Positions 21,984-35,679 of a DNA stretch of 64,000 bases are shown piece by piece. The translations under genes were made by a program, and so were the position numbers. The notes under the pieces were generated by a model that did not search any database, was not told the DNA's origin, and saw only the letters and a list, made by a program, of their open reading frames with translations. The first letter of the stretch is position 1; every line of letters begins with the position of its first letter. This stretch comes from Hemiscyllium ocellatum (taxonomy: Eukaryota). The stretch lies in contig NW_026867509.1 of NCBI RefSeq assembly GCF_020745735.1, forward strand, positions 930,001 to 994,000. The letters are read 5' to 3'.

Positions 21984-23920
21984 ATAGAACATAGAACATT
22001 ACAGCGCATACAGGCCCTTCGGCCCTGGATGTTGCGCCGCCCTGTCATACTAATCTGAAGCCCATCCCAACTACACTATTCCATGTACGTCCACTTGCCT
22101 GGCCAATGATGATTTAAATGCACTTAAACCTGGCGAATCTATTACCGATGCAGGCAAAGCATCCCATACCCTTACTACTCTTTGCGTAAAGAAACTACCT
22201 CTGACAATTGTCTTATACCTATCTTCCCTTACTTTAAAGTTGTGTCCCCTCGTTTTTGCTGTCCCCATACGTGGAAAAAGGCTCTCCCTCTCCACCCTAT
22301 CTAATCTTTGATTATCTTGTGTGTTTCTATTAAGTCACCTCTCAACCTTCTTCTCTCTAACGAGGACAGCCTCAAGGCCCTCAGCCTTTCCTCGTAAGAC
22401 ATTCCTTCCATGCCAGGCAACATCCTAGTAAATCTCCTCTGTACCCTTTCCAAAACTTCCACATCCTTCTTATAATGCGGTGACCAGAACTGTACACAAT
22501 ACTCCAAGTGTGGCCGTACCAGAGCTTTGTAGAGCTGCAGCATAACCTCCTGGTTCCGGAACTCAGTCCCTCTATTAATAAAGGCTAAAACATTGTATGC
22601 CTTCTTAACAACCTGTCAATCTGGGTGGCAACTTTCAGGGATCTGTGTATATGGATACCGTGATCTCTTTGCTCATCTGCACTCCCAAGAATCTTACCAT
22701 TAGCCCAGTACTTTGCATTCTGATTACTCCAGCCCAAGTGTATCACCTCACATCTGTCCACATTAAACTCCATTTGCCAACTCTCAGCCCATCTCTGCAT
22801 CCTATGTATGTTTCTCTGCAACCTACTACATCCTTTGTCATTATCCACAACTCCACCGACCTTAGTGTCGTCCGCAAATGTACTATCCCACCCTTCTAAG
22901 CCCTCATCCAGGTCATTTATAAAAATGACGAGCAGCATTGGACCCAACACCGATCCTTGCGGTACTCCGCTAGTAACTGGACACTAAGATGAACAAGTTT
23001 CATCAACTACACACTCTGTTTTCTTTCAGCAAGCCAATTACAGATCCAAACTGCTATGTCACCCACAATCTCATTACTCCGCACTGTGTATAAGAGCCTC
23101 CTGTGGGGAAGCTTGTCGAATGCCTTGCTGAAATCCATATGCAACACATCAACCGGTTTACACTCATTTATCTGTTTGGTCACTTTGTCAAAAAACTCAA
23201 TAACATTCGTTAGGCACGACCTACCCTTCACAAAACCGTGCTGACTGTCCCTGAACCGATTATTCTTTCTGGATGGTTGTCAATCCTGTCTCTTATAAAC
23301 TTTTTCACCACTTTACCAACAACTGAAGTGAGACTCACTCGTCTTTAATTACCAGGGCGGTCTCTACCACCTTTTTGAACAAGGGAACCACATTTTCTAT
23401 CCACCAATCCTCAGGCACTATTCCTGTAGAAAATGATGATTTGAAGATCAATGCCAAAGACTCGGCAATCTCTTTCCTTGCATCCCAGAGGATCCTATAA
23501 TCGATCCTAGGCGGCACGGTGGCACAGTGGTTAGCACTGCTGTCTCACAGCGCCTGAGACCCGGATTCAATTGCCGACTCAGGCGACTGACTGTGTGGAG
23601 TTTGCACGTTCTCCCCGTGTCTGCGTGGGTTTCCTCCGGGTGCTCCGGTTTCCTCCCACAGTCCAAAGATGTGCGGGTCAGGTGAATTGGCCATGCTAAA
23701 ATGCCCGTAGTGTTAGGTAAGGGGTAAATGCAGGGGTATGGGTGTGTAGCGCTTCGGCGGGTCGGTGTGGACTTGTTGGGCCAAAGGGCCTGTTTCCACA
23801 CTGTAAGTAAACTAATCTAATCTAATCATCCCAACCAGCCCAGGGGACTTGTCTATTTTCACACTCTGCATTATTTCTAATAACTCTTCCTTGTGAACCT
23901 CAATCTCTTCTACTCTAGAT
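21984..23920 (-). mobile_element. Older 5'-truncated CR1 with 3' tail at ~21,984, interrupted by a SINE
   Basis: RT fragments in ORFs 22,301-22,543, 22,585-22,950 and 23,007-23,231; tail ATGTTCTATGTTCTATA. Confidence 0.9.
23510..23826 (+). mobile_element. Full-length V-SINE/HE1-like SINE
   Basis: tRNA-like head GGCGGCACGGTGGCACAGTGGTTAGCACTGC..GGATTCAA; central GGAGTTTGCACGTTCTCCCCGTG..CTCCCACAGTCCAAAGATGTGC; tail (AATCT)n. Confidence 0.9.
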
Positions 23921-23989
23921 GTAAGTATCTCTGTATCTTCCTCATCAACATTTTCATTTTCTATAGTGAAAATGTTTGCGAGGAAGATG

Positions 23990-24830
23990 ATTTGAAGGAA
24001 AACGTAGCTGTTCTAATAAATAATTCAGAGGAGCTTACAAAGATTGATAGAGTTGCGAATTGTAAAGAGGGCAGTGCGAGAATATATCAGAATATAGGTC
24101 AGTTGGAGGCATGGGCAGGAAAAAGGCAGATGGAATTTCATCTAGACAGATGTGAGGCGATGCATTTTGGTAAGTCAAATACTGCTGAAAATTATGAAGT
24201 GAATGCCAGAACATGTTGAAATTTTGATATGCAGAGCGATCTGGGTGTGCACATCCACAGATCCCTGAAGGTGGCAGTGCAGATAAATAAGGTAGCAAAG
24301 TAAAGGCCTATGACATGCTTGCCTTCATTTGAATGGACAAGAATATAAGGTCTGAAAGTTGTGCTGCAGCATTATGAACTTCAATTAGGCCACACTTGAA
24401 ATATTGATACGGTTCTGTTCATCATACTACCAGAAGGAAGTCGGCGAAGTGGGGAAATGTTTTACAATAGTGTTGCCTGGTTAGGAACCAGTTCAACTGT
24501 CAGGAAAGGGTGGATGTACTAGGATCATTTTCAATGGAACGCAGGAGGTTGAGGGGCGACCTGGTAGACTTTTTAATGTTGCAAATGGCATGATAGAGTG
24601 GAAAGTATGAGGACTTCTCCCAGGATGGAGGGGTTAATTAGTAGGGGACAAAGGTTCAACGTGCGAGGGGGAGGGTTTAAGAGAGCTGTGCGAGGCAAGT
24701 GTTTCGCACAAAGGGTGATGAGTGCCTGGAATATGCTGCTGCCCGAGCAGACGGTGGAAGCAGACAGTAGCAGAATTCAAGAAACACCTGAATGAATACA
24801 TGAATAAGAAGGCAATAAAGGAACACATTC
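23990..24830 (+). mobile_element. Degenerate CR1 RT/3' fragment
   Basis: GQLEAWAGKRQMEFHLDRCEAMHFG; ..FAQRVMSAWN. Confidence 0.8.
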
Positions 24831-25369
24831 CTTTCCTTCACTCTTAATTTTTTCCATCATTCTGAATCGTCTTTTTTTTTGCAATTATCCAGCTCCTATC
24901 TGCATACTGCGAATCAAATCAATGATACCGATTCTCGGTTTTTGGCTTCCAGTGGATCTGACCATTATCAAAACAATGACAATTTCCTCCCCTGAAGTAT
25001 GTTAGTGACTCAGATGTTGTTTTTTCTGGCAAGTGGCAATGGGTTCATAGACATCATTAGAGTATTAATTCCAGATTTAATTATTCTTTTTCCCTCAAAC
25101 GAATTGAACATAGCACGAAACAAGGCTCTGGCCATTTGTATTTGCTACAATGAATTTTGATCACAGTCTTTCTGGCCAGTGCCAGTAGTACTACACTTGA
25201 AGTACGAAAACGCAAAAAAAATTTTGAAAATGTTCTAATTAAAAATAGCTACCTCGGGCAGAGACAGGTTGCACTCATTGGCAAAGTGTGGCCATAATTC
25301 CATGCTCAATTTGACTATATTCCCAATATTCAGATATTTGTGCAAACTACAAATAGCCCAAACATCAGC

Positions 25370-25730
25370 TTAGAACATAGAACGTAGAACATACAACAGT
25401 ACAGCAGAGTATAGGCCATTCGGCCCACCATTTTGTACTGACCTTTCATCCTTCTCTAAGATTTAACTGAGCTACACACACGCAATTTTACCATCAGTTA
25501 TGTTCTGATTCATGAGTAGCTTGAATGCCCCTAACGTATATGACTCGACAACCACTGCTTGCAATGCATTCGACGCACCCACCACTCTCTGTGCAAAGAA
25601 CCTACCTCTGACATGTCCCCTAAGCGTTCCTCCAATTATCTTAAAATTTGCACCATCGTAATAGCCATTTCCTCTCTGGAAAATATATTTGGCTATCCAC
25701 TCGACCTATGCCTTACGTCATAACTTGTTT
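25370..25730 (-). mobile_element. CR1 3'-end fragment
   Basis: tagaacatagaacgtagaac tail plus caaagaacctacctctgacatgtcccc, shared with other copies. Confidence 0.75.
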
Positions 25731-25879
25731 TAAAGTGGGAAGGCATTTCAAAGCAATGACGCAATGTCCGGACAAAGGTGCAAAATGACCATCCACGATC
25801 ATTGACTATCACCAGCAAGCAGAGAGTCGGCAATGAGCAACATTCCGTACTGAAAAGTAGAGACACGCAGTTTGTCAAT

Positions 25880-27260
25880 GGTCACTGGCAGTGCTCATTG
25901 GGTGTTAAACACATTGTAGACATTTTTAAACAACTGAGAGTTCTTGTTGCGAACGTTTTGTACTCTTTCTAGGTGGCATCCTCAGTGCTTGGGAGCCTCC
26001 TGTGAAGCGCTTCTGTGATGTTTCGTCTGGCACTTATCGTGGTTTGTCTCTGGCACTTCCGGTTGTCAGTTGCTGTCCGCTGCAGTGGCCGGCATATTGG
26101 GTCAGTGCCATGCCTCTAGGAATTCCCTGGCTGTTCTCTGTTTGGCTTGCCCTATAATAGTAGTGTTGTCCCAGTCGAATTCATGTTGTTTGTCATCTGA
26201 GTGTGCAGCTACTAAGGATAGTTGGTCGTGTCGTTTCGTGCCTATTTGGTGCTCATGGATGCGGTCTGTTAGCTGTCTTCGTTTTTGTCCTATGAAGTGT
26301 TTGTACAGTCCTTGCATGGGATTTTTTACACTACGTTTGTTTGCTCATGCTGGGTATCGGTCCTTTGTCCTGGTGAGTTGTTGTCTGAGCGTGGCTGTTG
26401 GTTTGTGTGCTGTTATGAGTCCTAATGCTCGCAGCAGACTGGCTATCAGTTCGGAAATGCTCTTGATGTATGGTAGTGTGGCTAGTCCTTTGGGTTACGG
26501 CATGTCCTCGTTCCATTGTCTTACCCTTAGGCATCTGTTGATGAAATTGCGCGGGAATCTGTTTTTGGTGAATACCTTGTATAGGTGTTCTTCTTCCTCT
26601 TTTTGCAGTTCTGGTGTGCTGCAGTGTGTTGTGGCCCTTTTGAATAGTGTCCTGATGCAACTTCTTTGTGTGTGTTGGGGTGGTTGCTTTCATAGTTCAG
26701 GACTTGGTCTGTGTGTGTGGCTTTCCTGTATACGCCACTGAATTCTCCACTCGGTGTTCGCTGTACCATCATATCTAGGAATGGGAGCTGGTTGCCATTT
26801 TTTTCCTCTCTCGTGAATCGGATTCCTGTGAGTGTGGCGTTGATGATCCGGTGTGTGTTCTCTATTTCTGTGTGTTTTAATGATTACAAAGGTTTGGGTT
26901 GCATTTGCGCTAAGACTGTTTGTTCTAACCTTTGCATTACTGCTTCTGCTACCAGTCCAGAAATCGGTGAGCCCATGGGTGTTCCGTTGATTTGTTCGTC
27001 TATCTGGTTTTTGAATGTGAAGTGTGTTGTGAGGTACAGGTCCAGTAATTTAAGTATGCCGTCTTTGTTAATAGGTTCAACGTCCTGTTGTCTGTTCTGT
27101 ATGTTCAGCAGGTTGGATATTGTTTCTCTGGCTAGGGTTTTGTCGATCGAGGTGAACAGTGCCGTTACATCGAATGAGACCATGGTTTCTTCCTTGTCTA
27201 TGTGTATATTTCTGATGATGTCCAAGAATTCTTGGGTTGACTGTATAGAGTGTCTGGATC
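25880..27260 (-). mobile_element. Penelope-like element (RT + GIY-YIG endonuclease), 5'-truncated and frameshifted
   Basis: MVSFDVTALFTSI, GTPMGSPISG, VYRKATHTDQVLNYESNHP, HFIGQ..RIHEHQ..FDWDNTTII..REFLEAWH. Confidence 0.92.
25949..25988 (-). ncRNA. Degenerate hammerhead-ribozyme motif at the Penelope 3' end
   Basis: GCA-CTGAGGA-TGCCACCTAGAAAGAGTAC-AAAAC-GTT-CGC; the catalytic G12 is changed to A. Confidence 0.5.
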
Positions 27261-27649
27261 CGCAGATCAGGTGCTACAGCAGAAACTGGAAAAGGATGGG
27301 AAAGGATCTTAAGACCTAGATTTGAGATCTAGCTGTCTCTGCGGCTTGTTCTGATGACGTCTCGAAAATCTGTGGACAAAAATGTTGACACAAATAATAA
27401 GAGCACTCTTACAAATAAATTAAATACGTGAACTAATCTGAAATTTCAAAACAAACACTTAATTGAAGAGATAAAGTTGACGATCTTAGAAATGGAAATA
27501 TGAATCATCAGCGGTTCAGTTGATGGAGAGAGAAAACTAGGTTTGTGGAAAGGTTGGAAGCACAGAATCCACGATCTTCCACAGATATAGAGCAAACATT
27601 TATTTTACCAATGATGCAGACTGAAGGCGTGAAACAGCACATTGAACTC

Positions 27650-28635
27650 GATGTTCACTAACCTGTAAAACGTGTGCTTGAATGCGGAAGTGGAAAGCTG
27701 GATGAGTAAATTTGCCGATGATAAGAAGGGATGTGGAATGGTAGAGAGTTTGGAGGAATGTTGCAAGTTGCAAGGGGACATTGAAAGCATGCAGAACTTG
27801 GCTGAGAAGTGGCAGATGGAGTTCAACCTTGGAAAATATCAAGAAATTCACTTTGCAAGTTTGAATTTGAATGCAGAATACAGGGTCAAGGCAGCATTCT
27901 TGGCAATATCGAGGAACAGAGAGATCTTGGAGTCCATGTCCACAGATCCTTCAAAGCTGCCACCCAAGTCAAAAGGGTCGTGAAACAGCTATATTGTGTT
28001 TTGGCTTTCATGAGTAAGGGGATTGAGTTGAAGGGCCGCGAGGTTATGCTGCAGCTCTATAGAGCCATGGTCAGATCACACTTGGAATATTGCGCTCAGT
28101 GATGGTTCACTCATGATAGAAAGTATGGGGAAGCCTTAGAGGTAGTGCAGAAGAAGCTTACAAGGATGCTTCCTGGTCTGGAGGACATTTCGTATGAAGC
28201 AAATTTGAGAGAGCGAGGGCTTTTCTCAATGGAGCAAAGAAGGATGAGAGATGACTTGATAGACGTGAAGAAGAGGATGAGTATAATAGATACAATGAAT
28301 AGTCAGAGACGTTTTCCCATGGTGGAAGTAGCTATCATGTGTGGGCATAATTTTATGTTGAATGGAGGAAAGTTTAGACAAGATTTCAGGGGGTAGATTC
28401 TTTACACAGAGAGTCGATGGTGCGTGGAATGCACTGCCAACAGTGGTAGTAGAATTAGAAACTTCACCGAAATTTTACCGACTCCTGGATAGGGACATCG
28501 AAGATAGTACAATGAGGGATATGTCGATTAGTCTGGTCAATGAGTAGAATAAACGTTCGGCACAATATCGAGGGCCCAATGGCCTGTATTGTGTTGCACT
28601 GTTCTGTTCTCGATGTTCGACGTTCAATGTTCTAA
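27650..28635 (+). mobile_element. Degenerate CR1 RT and 3' tail
   Basis: ORFs 27,672-28,396 (SKFADD, HLEYCAQ, QKKLTRMLPG); tail ttctgttctcgatgttcgacgttcaatgttctaa. Confidence 0.85.
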
Positions 28636-28829
28636 ATCGTACTTTATATCTTCCCAAAGTTGTCACTCACAATGTCCAGCTATTTATTTTACTAGACTAG
28701 ATACTACATCACCTACGCCTATAGAGAGCTGTGCCATTAATTACAGTTAACTTCACTTTGTCATTTCTCTCAGATTTGCTGGAATTACGTTACACCCTGT
28801 CTCTGTTCAAAATAAGTTAGAGTTTGGAC

Positions 28830-31040
28830 TGGATAACGAACCCGGCCAGGTGTTAGGTTTGGAGGTAAGTTAGCACTTTGGTGATAGTCACCATAATTCA
28901 TTTATGTTGATTTTAGTGATGGAAAGGAATAGGTATGTAACGCAGGGCAAGAGTTATAGCTGGGGGAAAGATGCAATTAAGCAAGATTTATGATGCATAA
29001 TGATGGGCACAATTAAAATGTGGAGCATATACAAGTTCCAGCTGCTGTGGGCCCTTCATAAGCATGTACCGATCAGGCAGGAACAAAGTTTTTGAGCGCA
29101 GGACCGGGGTTGATTGAGGAAGTTGAATCTATTTTCAAGAGGAGGAAGAAGGCTTATGTTATAATAAGCTGTGATGGCTCAATTGGGGCGCTTGAGAGTT
29201 ACACGTTAGCCAGGAAATACCTAAAGAGAGAGCTAAGAAGAGTCAGGAGTGGACATGATAAGTCATTGGCGAACAGGATGAAGGAAAACCCTCAGGCTTT
29301 CTACAGATATATCAGAAATAAAAGAATGATTAGAGGAAGATTACGGCCAATCAAGCATAGTGGTGGGAAGTTGGAAGTGGTGCCAGAGGAAATAGGTGAA
29401 TACTGTTCTTTGGTATTCACTTTAGAAAAAGATAACGTCCTCAGGGAGTACACTGAGATAAAAGCTACTAGACCAGATAGGACTGAGGCGCACAAGGAGG
29501 AGGTGTTAGCATTTCTGGAAAGTGTAAAAATATATAAGTCCCCTGTGCTGGATGGAATTTATCCTAGAATTCTCTGCGAAGCCAGGGAGGAGATTGCTCA
29601 GCATTTGGCTTTGATCTTTATGTCACCATGATCTACAGGAACAGTGCCAGAAGATGGAAGGATAGCAAATGTTGTTCCCTTCCTAAAGAAGGCAAGTAGA
29701 GACAACCCTGGGTATTTTGCACCTGTCAGCCTTATTTCGGTTGTAGGTAAAGTGTTGGAAAGGGTTGTAAGAGATAAGATTTATAATCATCTAGAGATGA
29801 ATAAGTTATGGATAGTCCACGCGGTTTTGTGAAGGTTAGGTCGTGCCACACAAACTTTATTGAGATTTTTGAGATGGTGACCAACAGGTGGGTGAGGGTC
29901 AAGCGGTTGATGTGCTGAATATAGATTTAAATAAGGCAATTAATAAGGTTCCCCACAGTAGACTAGTGCGCAATGTATAGATGCATGAGATTGAGGGTGA
30001 TTTAGACGTTTGGATCAGATATTAGCTCACTGAAAGAAGACAGAGATGGTTGGTGGCAAATGTTCATCCTTGAGTTCAGTTACAAGAGGGAGACTGCAAG
30101 GATCTGTTGAGCATCCGCTGTTGTTTGTCATTAATATAAATGACCTGGAACAAGGCATCGAAGTTTGGGTTAGTCAATTTGCGATTGACACTAATGTCTG
30201 TAGAGTTGTGGATCGTGATGAAGGATGTTGGAGAGACGTGGATAAGCTGCAAAACTGGGCTTACAGGCGGCAAATGGAGTTTAATGCGGAAAGGTGTGAG
30301 GTGATTCACTTTGAAAGGAGTAACAATAATGCAGAGGACTGTGCTCATGGTCAGTTTCTTGGATATTTCAGTGTCCAGGTACACAGATCCCTGAAAGTTG
30401 CCACCCAGCATGATAGGGCTGTTAAGAAGGCAAACGGTTGGTTAACTTTTATTGGTAGAGGGATTGAGTTTCCGAAGCATGAAGTCATGCTGTAGCTGGA
30501 CAAAACACTGGTGCAACATTTTGAGTGTTGCGTACAGTTCTAGTCACCACACTATAGAGAGGATGTGAAAGCTTTGGAAATGGCTCAGAGGATATTTACT
30601 GGGATATTGCCTGTTATGGAGGGAAGGTCTTATGAGGAAACGCTGAGGTGCCTGTAGCTGTTTTCGTTGGAGAGAAGAAGGTTGAGACAACTTAATTGAG
30701 ACATATAAAATAATCCGAGGGTTAGATAATTTGGACAGTGAGAGTCGTTTTATCTCGGATGGCGATGGCTAGCACGATTCGATATAGCTTTAAATTGAAA
30801 GAAGATAGATACAGGACAGATGTCAGAGTTAGCTTCTTTACTCAGAGATTAGCAGGGGGCGTATAACGCATCCCATGCAACAGTTCTGGATTCGCAACCT
30901 TTCAGGGCATTTAAGTAGTCATTGGATAGGCATATGGAACCAAATTGGATCTGGAAGGTTAGATGAACATCAGATTGGTTCCACCGGTTGGCGCAACATT
31001 GAGTGCTGAAGGGCTGGTGCTTAACTGTCACGTTTTATGT
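28830..31040 (+). mobile_element. Degenerate CR1 ORF2 fragment
   Basis: ORFs 29,092-29,631, 29,644-29,832 and 30,046-30,495 homologous to CR1 ORF2. Confidence 0.85.
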
Positions 31041-32036
31041 TCTGTGTCACTAATGTATGAAATTATCCTCTATCTTAATTATTGTTTCTTGGAACAGTGT
31101 CAATGGCGTTATGCAATCACGTTATTTACTGGATTTGACCTTGTTTTAGTTCATACTGCAACTTTACGTGTCTTAATTGCTACTGCAAATTTATATATCT
31201 CTTTCAAAGTTACACTACGTCTGTCCCAGTGAACACTTCAATCAGGTTCATCCCAATTGTTCCTGCAGACACTGTGGAATTTCTGCATTACACTGACCGA
31301 GTCTGCTTTGTTGATGAACCTGGCAACATATTTTAAAACAGCTTCCAGTCACTCGTTTATCTGATATTTCTGTCCTTATATTAAACATTGACATTGATCA
31401 ACTGTTCCTGAACAAGCAACTGTGATCAGGAGCATCAGCACTTAAACGGCCTTTCGGCATTCTGATTGTTCAGATTAAATTAAGGATTTTTCAGATTCAG
31501 TGGGTGGGAGAAGATTTGCATTTGATAACCACTACCACATTAACGTCCCATGCTTGCTAACTTCCCATGCTTGTTTCCCAAAGGTTCAAACGCAAATTTA
31601 TGAAAATGGTAAAATACCAGTCACTAAAAGATATATGAATGAACGCAAATGAAAATCTAGGACAACGCTTTAAATGATTAATCAACTGGGGAATAGCAGA
31701 AGTCAAAGTAGAAAGAAAGTTCAGATGCAGGAGCTCAGCTCAATGTCCACCATTGGCGGATCTACCTGATGCAGACACAACATCATGATTTGTGGACCTG
31801 GACGAAACAAAGCAATTCCAACGACCCTGTCCCAACCTCAAATACAATTATTCACCTTGTTTAAAGACATGAAGCAGAGAGTTAATCTCTTTGTGTAGCG
31901 AACTGTAAGTAAGGTGCATGCTGTTATTTAATTGTCACTCTCGAGACAATCACTTAGAATATATGAGAGCCCACTTGAATGTGTCACAGAACCAACATCC
32001 ACAGCAACAGCCAACTGCTACCGTTTCTGAGCGAAG

Positions 32037-32106
32037 ATGCACGCGCCAGTCATTGCCCCCTTCTTTCTCATTTGCTATTCAATTCTTGCAGTTATTGGAG
32101 CCCCTG
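32037..32106 (+). pseudogene. GPCR-1 exon 1 (N-terminus and start of TM1)
   Basis: ATG CAC GCG CCA..=MHAPVIAPFFLICYSILAVIGAP G|GTAAG; phase-1 donor; paralogous exons at 50,793 and 55,108. Confidence 0.85.
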
Positions 32107-33523
32107 GTAAGACACTGACGCTCGAGAAAATCGTTCTCCCAATACTTTATCTGCAAAAAATTATTTTTTTCACTTTCAGGATCCTGCAGATCTTTTAAAA
32201 TATTGAGCGTTTTGATTTTAAGTGACTTCAACCGGATTCCTGTGCATACATTGCATTTTGGATCCGATAGTCCCAAGGCAAATAATCGTGCACTACTTCC
32301 AATTTCATTTTAATACAAGGCAAGCTGTTCTTGTTTCTTGTATGTTGTGTATTTATTGGAAAATGGTCCAGTAGACGCTGAATTGTGAGAAACAACTATG
32401 CATGAATATTAAATTGTAATTATTGTTATATATACTATCCATTCCAATTCAGCAGAATGCAATCGAGCCTTTCAGTTGATTGTGTGTTGAATACTTTGTC
32501 ACAGTGTAGTGAAATGCTCTTCTGCATGGACCGCATTGCAGTATTTGAAGATGATTTATTTTGTGGTAGTACTTTACGAGATGTTTATTATTTTAAATAA
32601 ACGTTTAGTGATCATATTAATCTACAGTGTGCGCTGTGGAAGGATATGTTAAAATATAGAATTCCCAATGGATGGCACCAGTGGTTTCAGGAATACATTC
32701 AATTTAATCCAAAGACGTCAGTGGAGATGCAATTTTTCAGCCATTGGTATTTTGATTCTCTGCAGCAAAGTTTCGAGTATTTTGGATAATTGTATTTTTA
32801 TATAATTACCCAGAAAAGCGTTGTTCACAACTACGAGAAAGTGTAGTGGCGTTTCGCCTCGAAATGCCTCACTGTATGTAGCATTCACCAGAACAACTTC
32901 AGCAAACCGATTTAGACTCGAGTAATGTGAGATATTGCCAAACGTTTTGATCAATGTAACATCTGATAGAAGGGCGCAGAAGCAGAACAGCTGAGGTGAC
33001 AATTCCAGATAGTGTTACGAGTGGCTTTATGAGTTAAATCTTTAAGTGACACAGTTCGTAGGATCAATTATAGGAGACACGGGAAACAGATTGAAGTTAG
33101 CTGAGATTTCAGATCATTTTGCATGATTTTCTGAAACCGATGTGGTGAGTCATCAGAAGTTCAGAAAAGTCGTAGGTTGATATTATAAAGAATGAGACAT
33201 CACTCGTAAGGAGGTCCATCTTTATGAGTTGAAGGTTGACCGGGGTTTGGTATGAATAATTCATGGCAATAACATTACTTCATTTGTTCCTGAATTGTAC
33301 AAATCACAACTGGTATTTATTTATTGACCAGAGAGTGATGTTCATTCCCAGGACTGATTATATTGATTGGTGTTTGATGCTGACAATGGATGTCCAATAT
33401 TTGTCAACAGTTTCAGAAAATGCAGAGACTCGAAGTGGCAGGTTGATGATTGAAGAATGCACAAAGCAGCAATTAGTGTTTGGAATGCGTTCAGTTATAG
33501 CTTTCTCTTTTAATCTCTCACAG

Positions 33524-34422
33524 CCAACTTGCTGGGAATCATAGTCCTATGTCGAGGAAGGTGCGGTCTCTCCCGGTGCATCACCTACTACCTGGTGGCG
33601 ATCGCAGTGACTGATTTCCTTGTCATCATCTTTGCAGTCATCCTCAACCGAATCAGCCGCTTCTACTTCCGGGAAAGTGCCTTGTCTACCACTCCTGCAT
33701 GCACTCTCAGCATCGTGGTAGTCTTTGCCATCTGGGATTGTTCGGTCTGGCTGACAGTTGCCTTTACCTTCGACCGTTTTGTGGCCATCTGTTGTCAGAA
33801 ATTGAAGACCAGGTACTGCACAGAGAAGATGGCGTCATTGGTCATCGGGATAGTTTGTGCATTGTGCTGCGTCAAGAACATCCCATTCTACTTTATCTAT
33901 GAGCCCATATACATCTTAGATGGGATATCCTGGTTTTGCAACATCAAAGCCACTTACTACATCTAGCCAGCTTGGCAGGTTTATAGTTGGTTCTTCCAGA
34001 TGTATACTCCCTTTCTCCCGTTCTTTGCCATTCTGCTGCTCAATGTCCTGACCATAAGACAGATCGTAGTGGCCAACAGAGCCCGCAGAAGGATCCGGAG
34101 CACAGAGAAGAAGCATGACTCAGAGATGGATAACCGCAAGAGGTCAATTATTCTGCTGTTCGCTATCTCTTTCAGTTTTCTCCTCCTGTGGGCCCCTCTT
34201 GTTGGACATTTCATCTTCACGAAGCTTACAGCTGAGGGTTACTATGGTGGGCTTGATTTCAATGACCCTCGGTATATCTTCCAAGAGGCAACCAATACAC
34301 TTCAGTTACTAAGTTCCTGCAACAACGTCTTCATTTACACAATATCTCAGAATATGTTTCGAGAGGATTTGAAGAATGTTCTGATCTACCGCTTTGCCAC
34401 TCTCATTAATTGCTTTAGATAG
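33524..34422 (+). pseudogene. GPCR-1 exon 2: class A GPCR of the shark GPR139/GPR142-like type, single in-frame TAG
   Basis: Acceptor tctctcacag|CC; ANLLGIIVLCRGRCGLSRCITYYLVAIAVTDFL..SVWLTVAFTFDRFVAICC..YYI*PAWQ..TPFLPF..SSCNNVFIY; TAG at 33,964-33,966 with the frame preserved. Confidence 0.92.
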
Positions 34423-35679
34423 TGTGGGGAAAGAAACATCTCTTCATGTTGTTTCTTTTCCATCAGAGTAGCGCAGAGTACAATGCTTAATCTGCATTTG
34501 ATTCAGAAAATTATGGAAAACCAAGACAAATAACAAAATGGCAGAACGTCCATTCTCCACCTCTGACAATTATTTGCAATCGACCCTGAGCAAATGTAGA
34601 ACAATTGAAAATTCGTCCTTTCTTGAGGAGAGGCGAACTCACGATTTATGTCCCATTCCCAGCCCCAATCTAAATGCTTGCAGTCTGCAATGTTCTTGTC
34701 CAAGTGGCATTTGTTAAGTTATTTATGACTCTCCCCATTTCAGTTCTTCCTACCTATTCCCATTCACTCATTCTTTACTCACTCCTTTCCTTCCAACCTT
34801 GCTGCATCACTCCGTGCTCCACTGCCATTTTTTTCAGACCAATCGTTTCTATTCATCCCAGTTTCTTCTTCATGATAGCCTGAAATGTATTATTATCCAG
34901 AAGAAAACCCAGTCCAAATGTTTGAACCGCATCGCCAAGAATAATGTTTTCAATTGATCGTTGACGCTATCTGTTTTACACTCCATGCCCCTACTGCTAC
35001 ACCAAGGATTCTTTAACTGCGTATCATCATTACCAAGTTCTTACCCAGTTCCTGCATCAGATGTCTGTTTTATTTCTCTGGCTTTCTGTCTCTCTCTGTT
35101 TTTTTTTATTCAGTTACAAAGTGGGAAATTCATGGTAATAATTGCTGGAGAAAGTCCACAGTTCTGGAGGCATCTGTGAAGAGAAAGCTGAGTTAACATT
35201 TCGAATGCAATGACAATTATCCTGATTTTGTTTTGCTTGCACTCTTTGATATTTCTTCACATACGTTTTGATTTATTTTTCAGGAAGACAGAAAGCATGT
35301 TTTCAGATCGAATTTAGCTCTTCAATTCTCTTTATGCATTTGACCGTTACTCATTGCCATTCCACTCTTGCACAAGAGTGAATTTTCCTAATGGTGCTGA
35401 TGTGCAGCTGCAGGTCGTCCATTCAGTTATGATTTTTCTTTTATTGATACTGTCAAATTCGTTTCTTAGTCACTAGGAAATTTGATTTCCTTATATTTAA
35501 CCTTTTAATGAAATAATTCAAGGAAGAATTTATGTTTTTAGACTGGAACCTAATTAAAATACAAATTCAAAAGCAATGTGGAATGTAAACCTCCACAGTT
35601 ACCTGTCAGAAGTGCCCCTCAGACAAACCAGACACTGAGTAGCCGCAAATTTCGCGAAAGGAGAGTCAGGAATGGGAAG

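Noticed and set aside
23510-23590. tRNA gene
   Set aside because: It is the tRNA-derived head of a V-SINE, continuous with the SINE body and tail.
26070-26741. 223-aa Cys-rich plus-strand ORF
   Set aside because: Antisense of the Penelope RT/GIY-YIG region.
27351-27370. CTGATGA-CGTCTC-GAAA as another hammerhead
   Set aside because: No stem II or stem I pairing can be drawn.
31514-31521. Octamer ATTTGCAT upstream of GPCR-1
   Set aside because: About two octamer matches are expected by chance in 64 kb, and it was not seen before the other GPCR paralogs.
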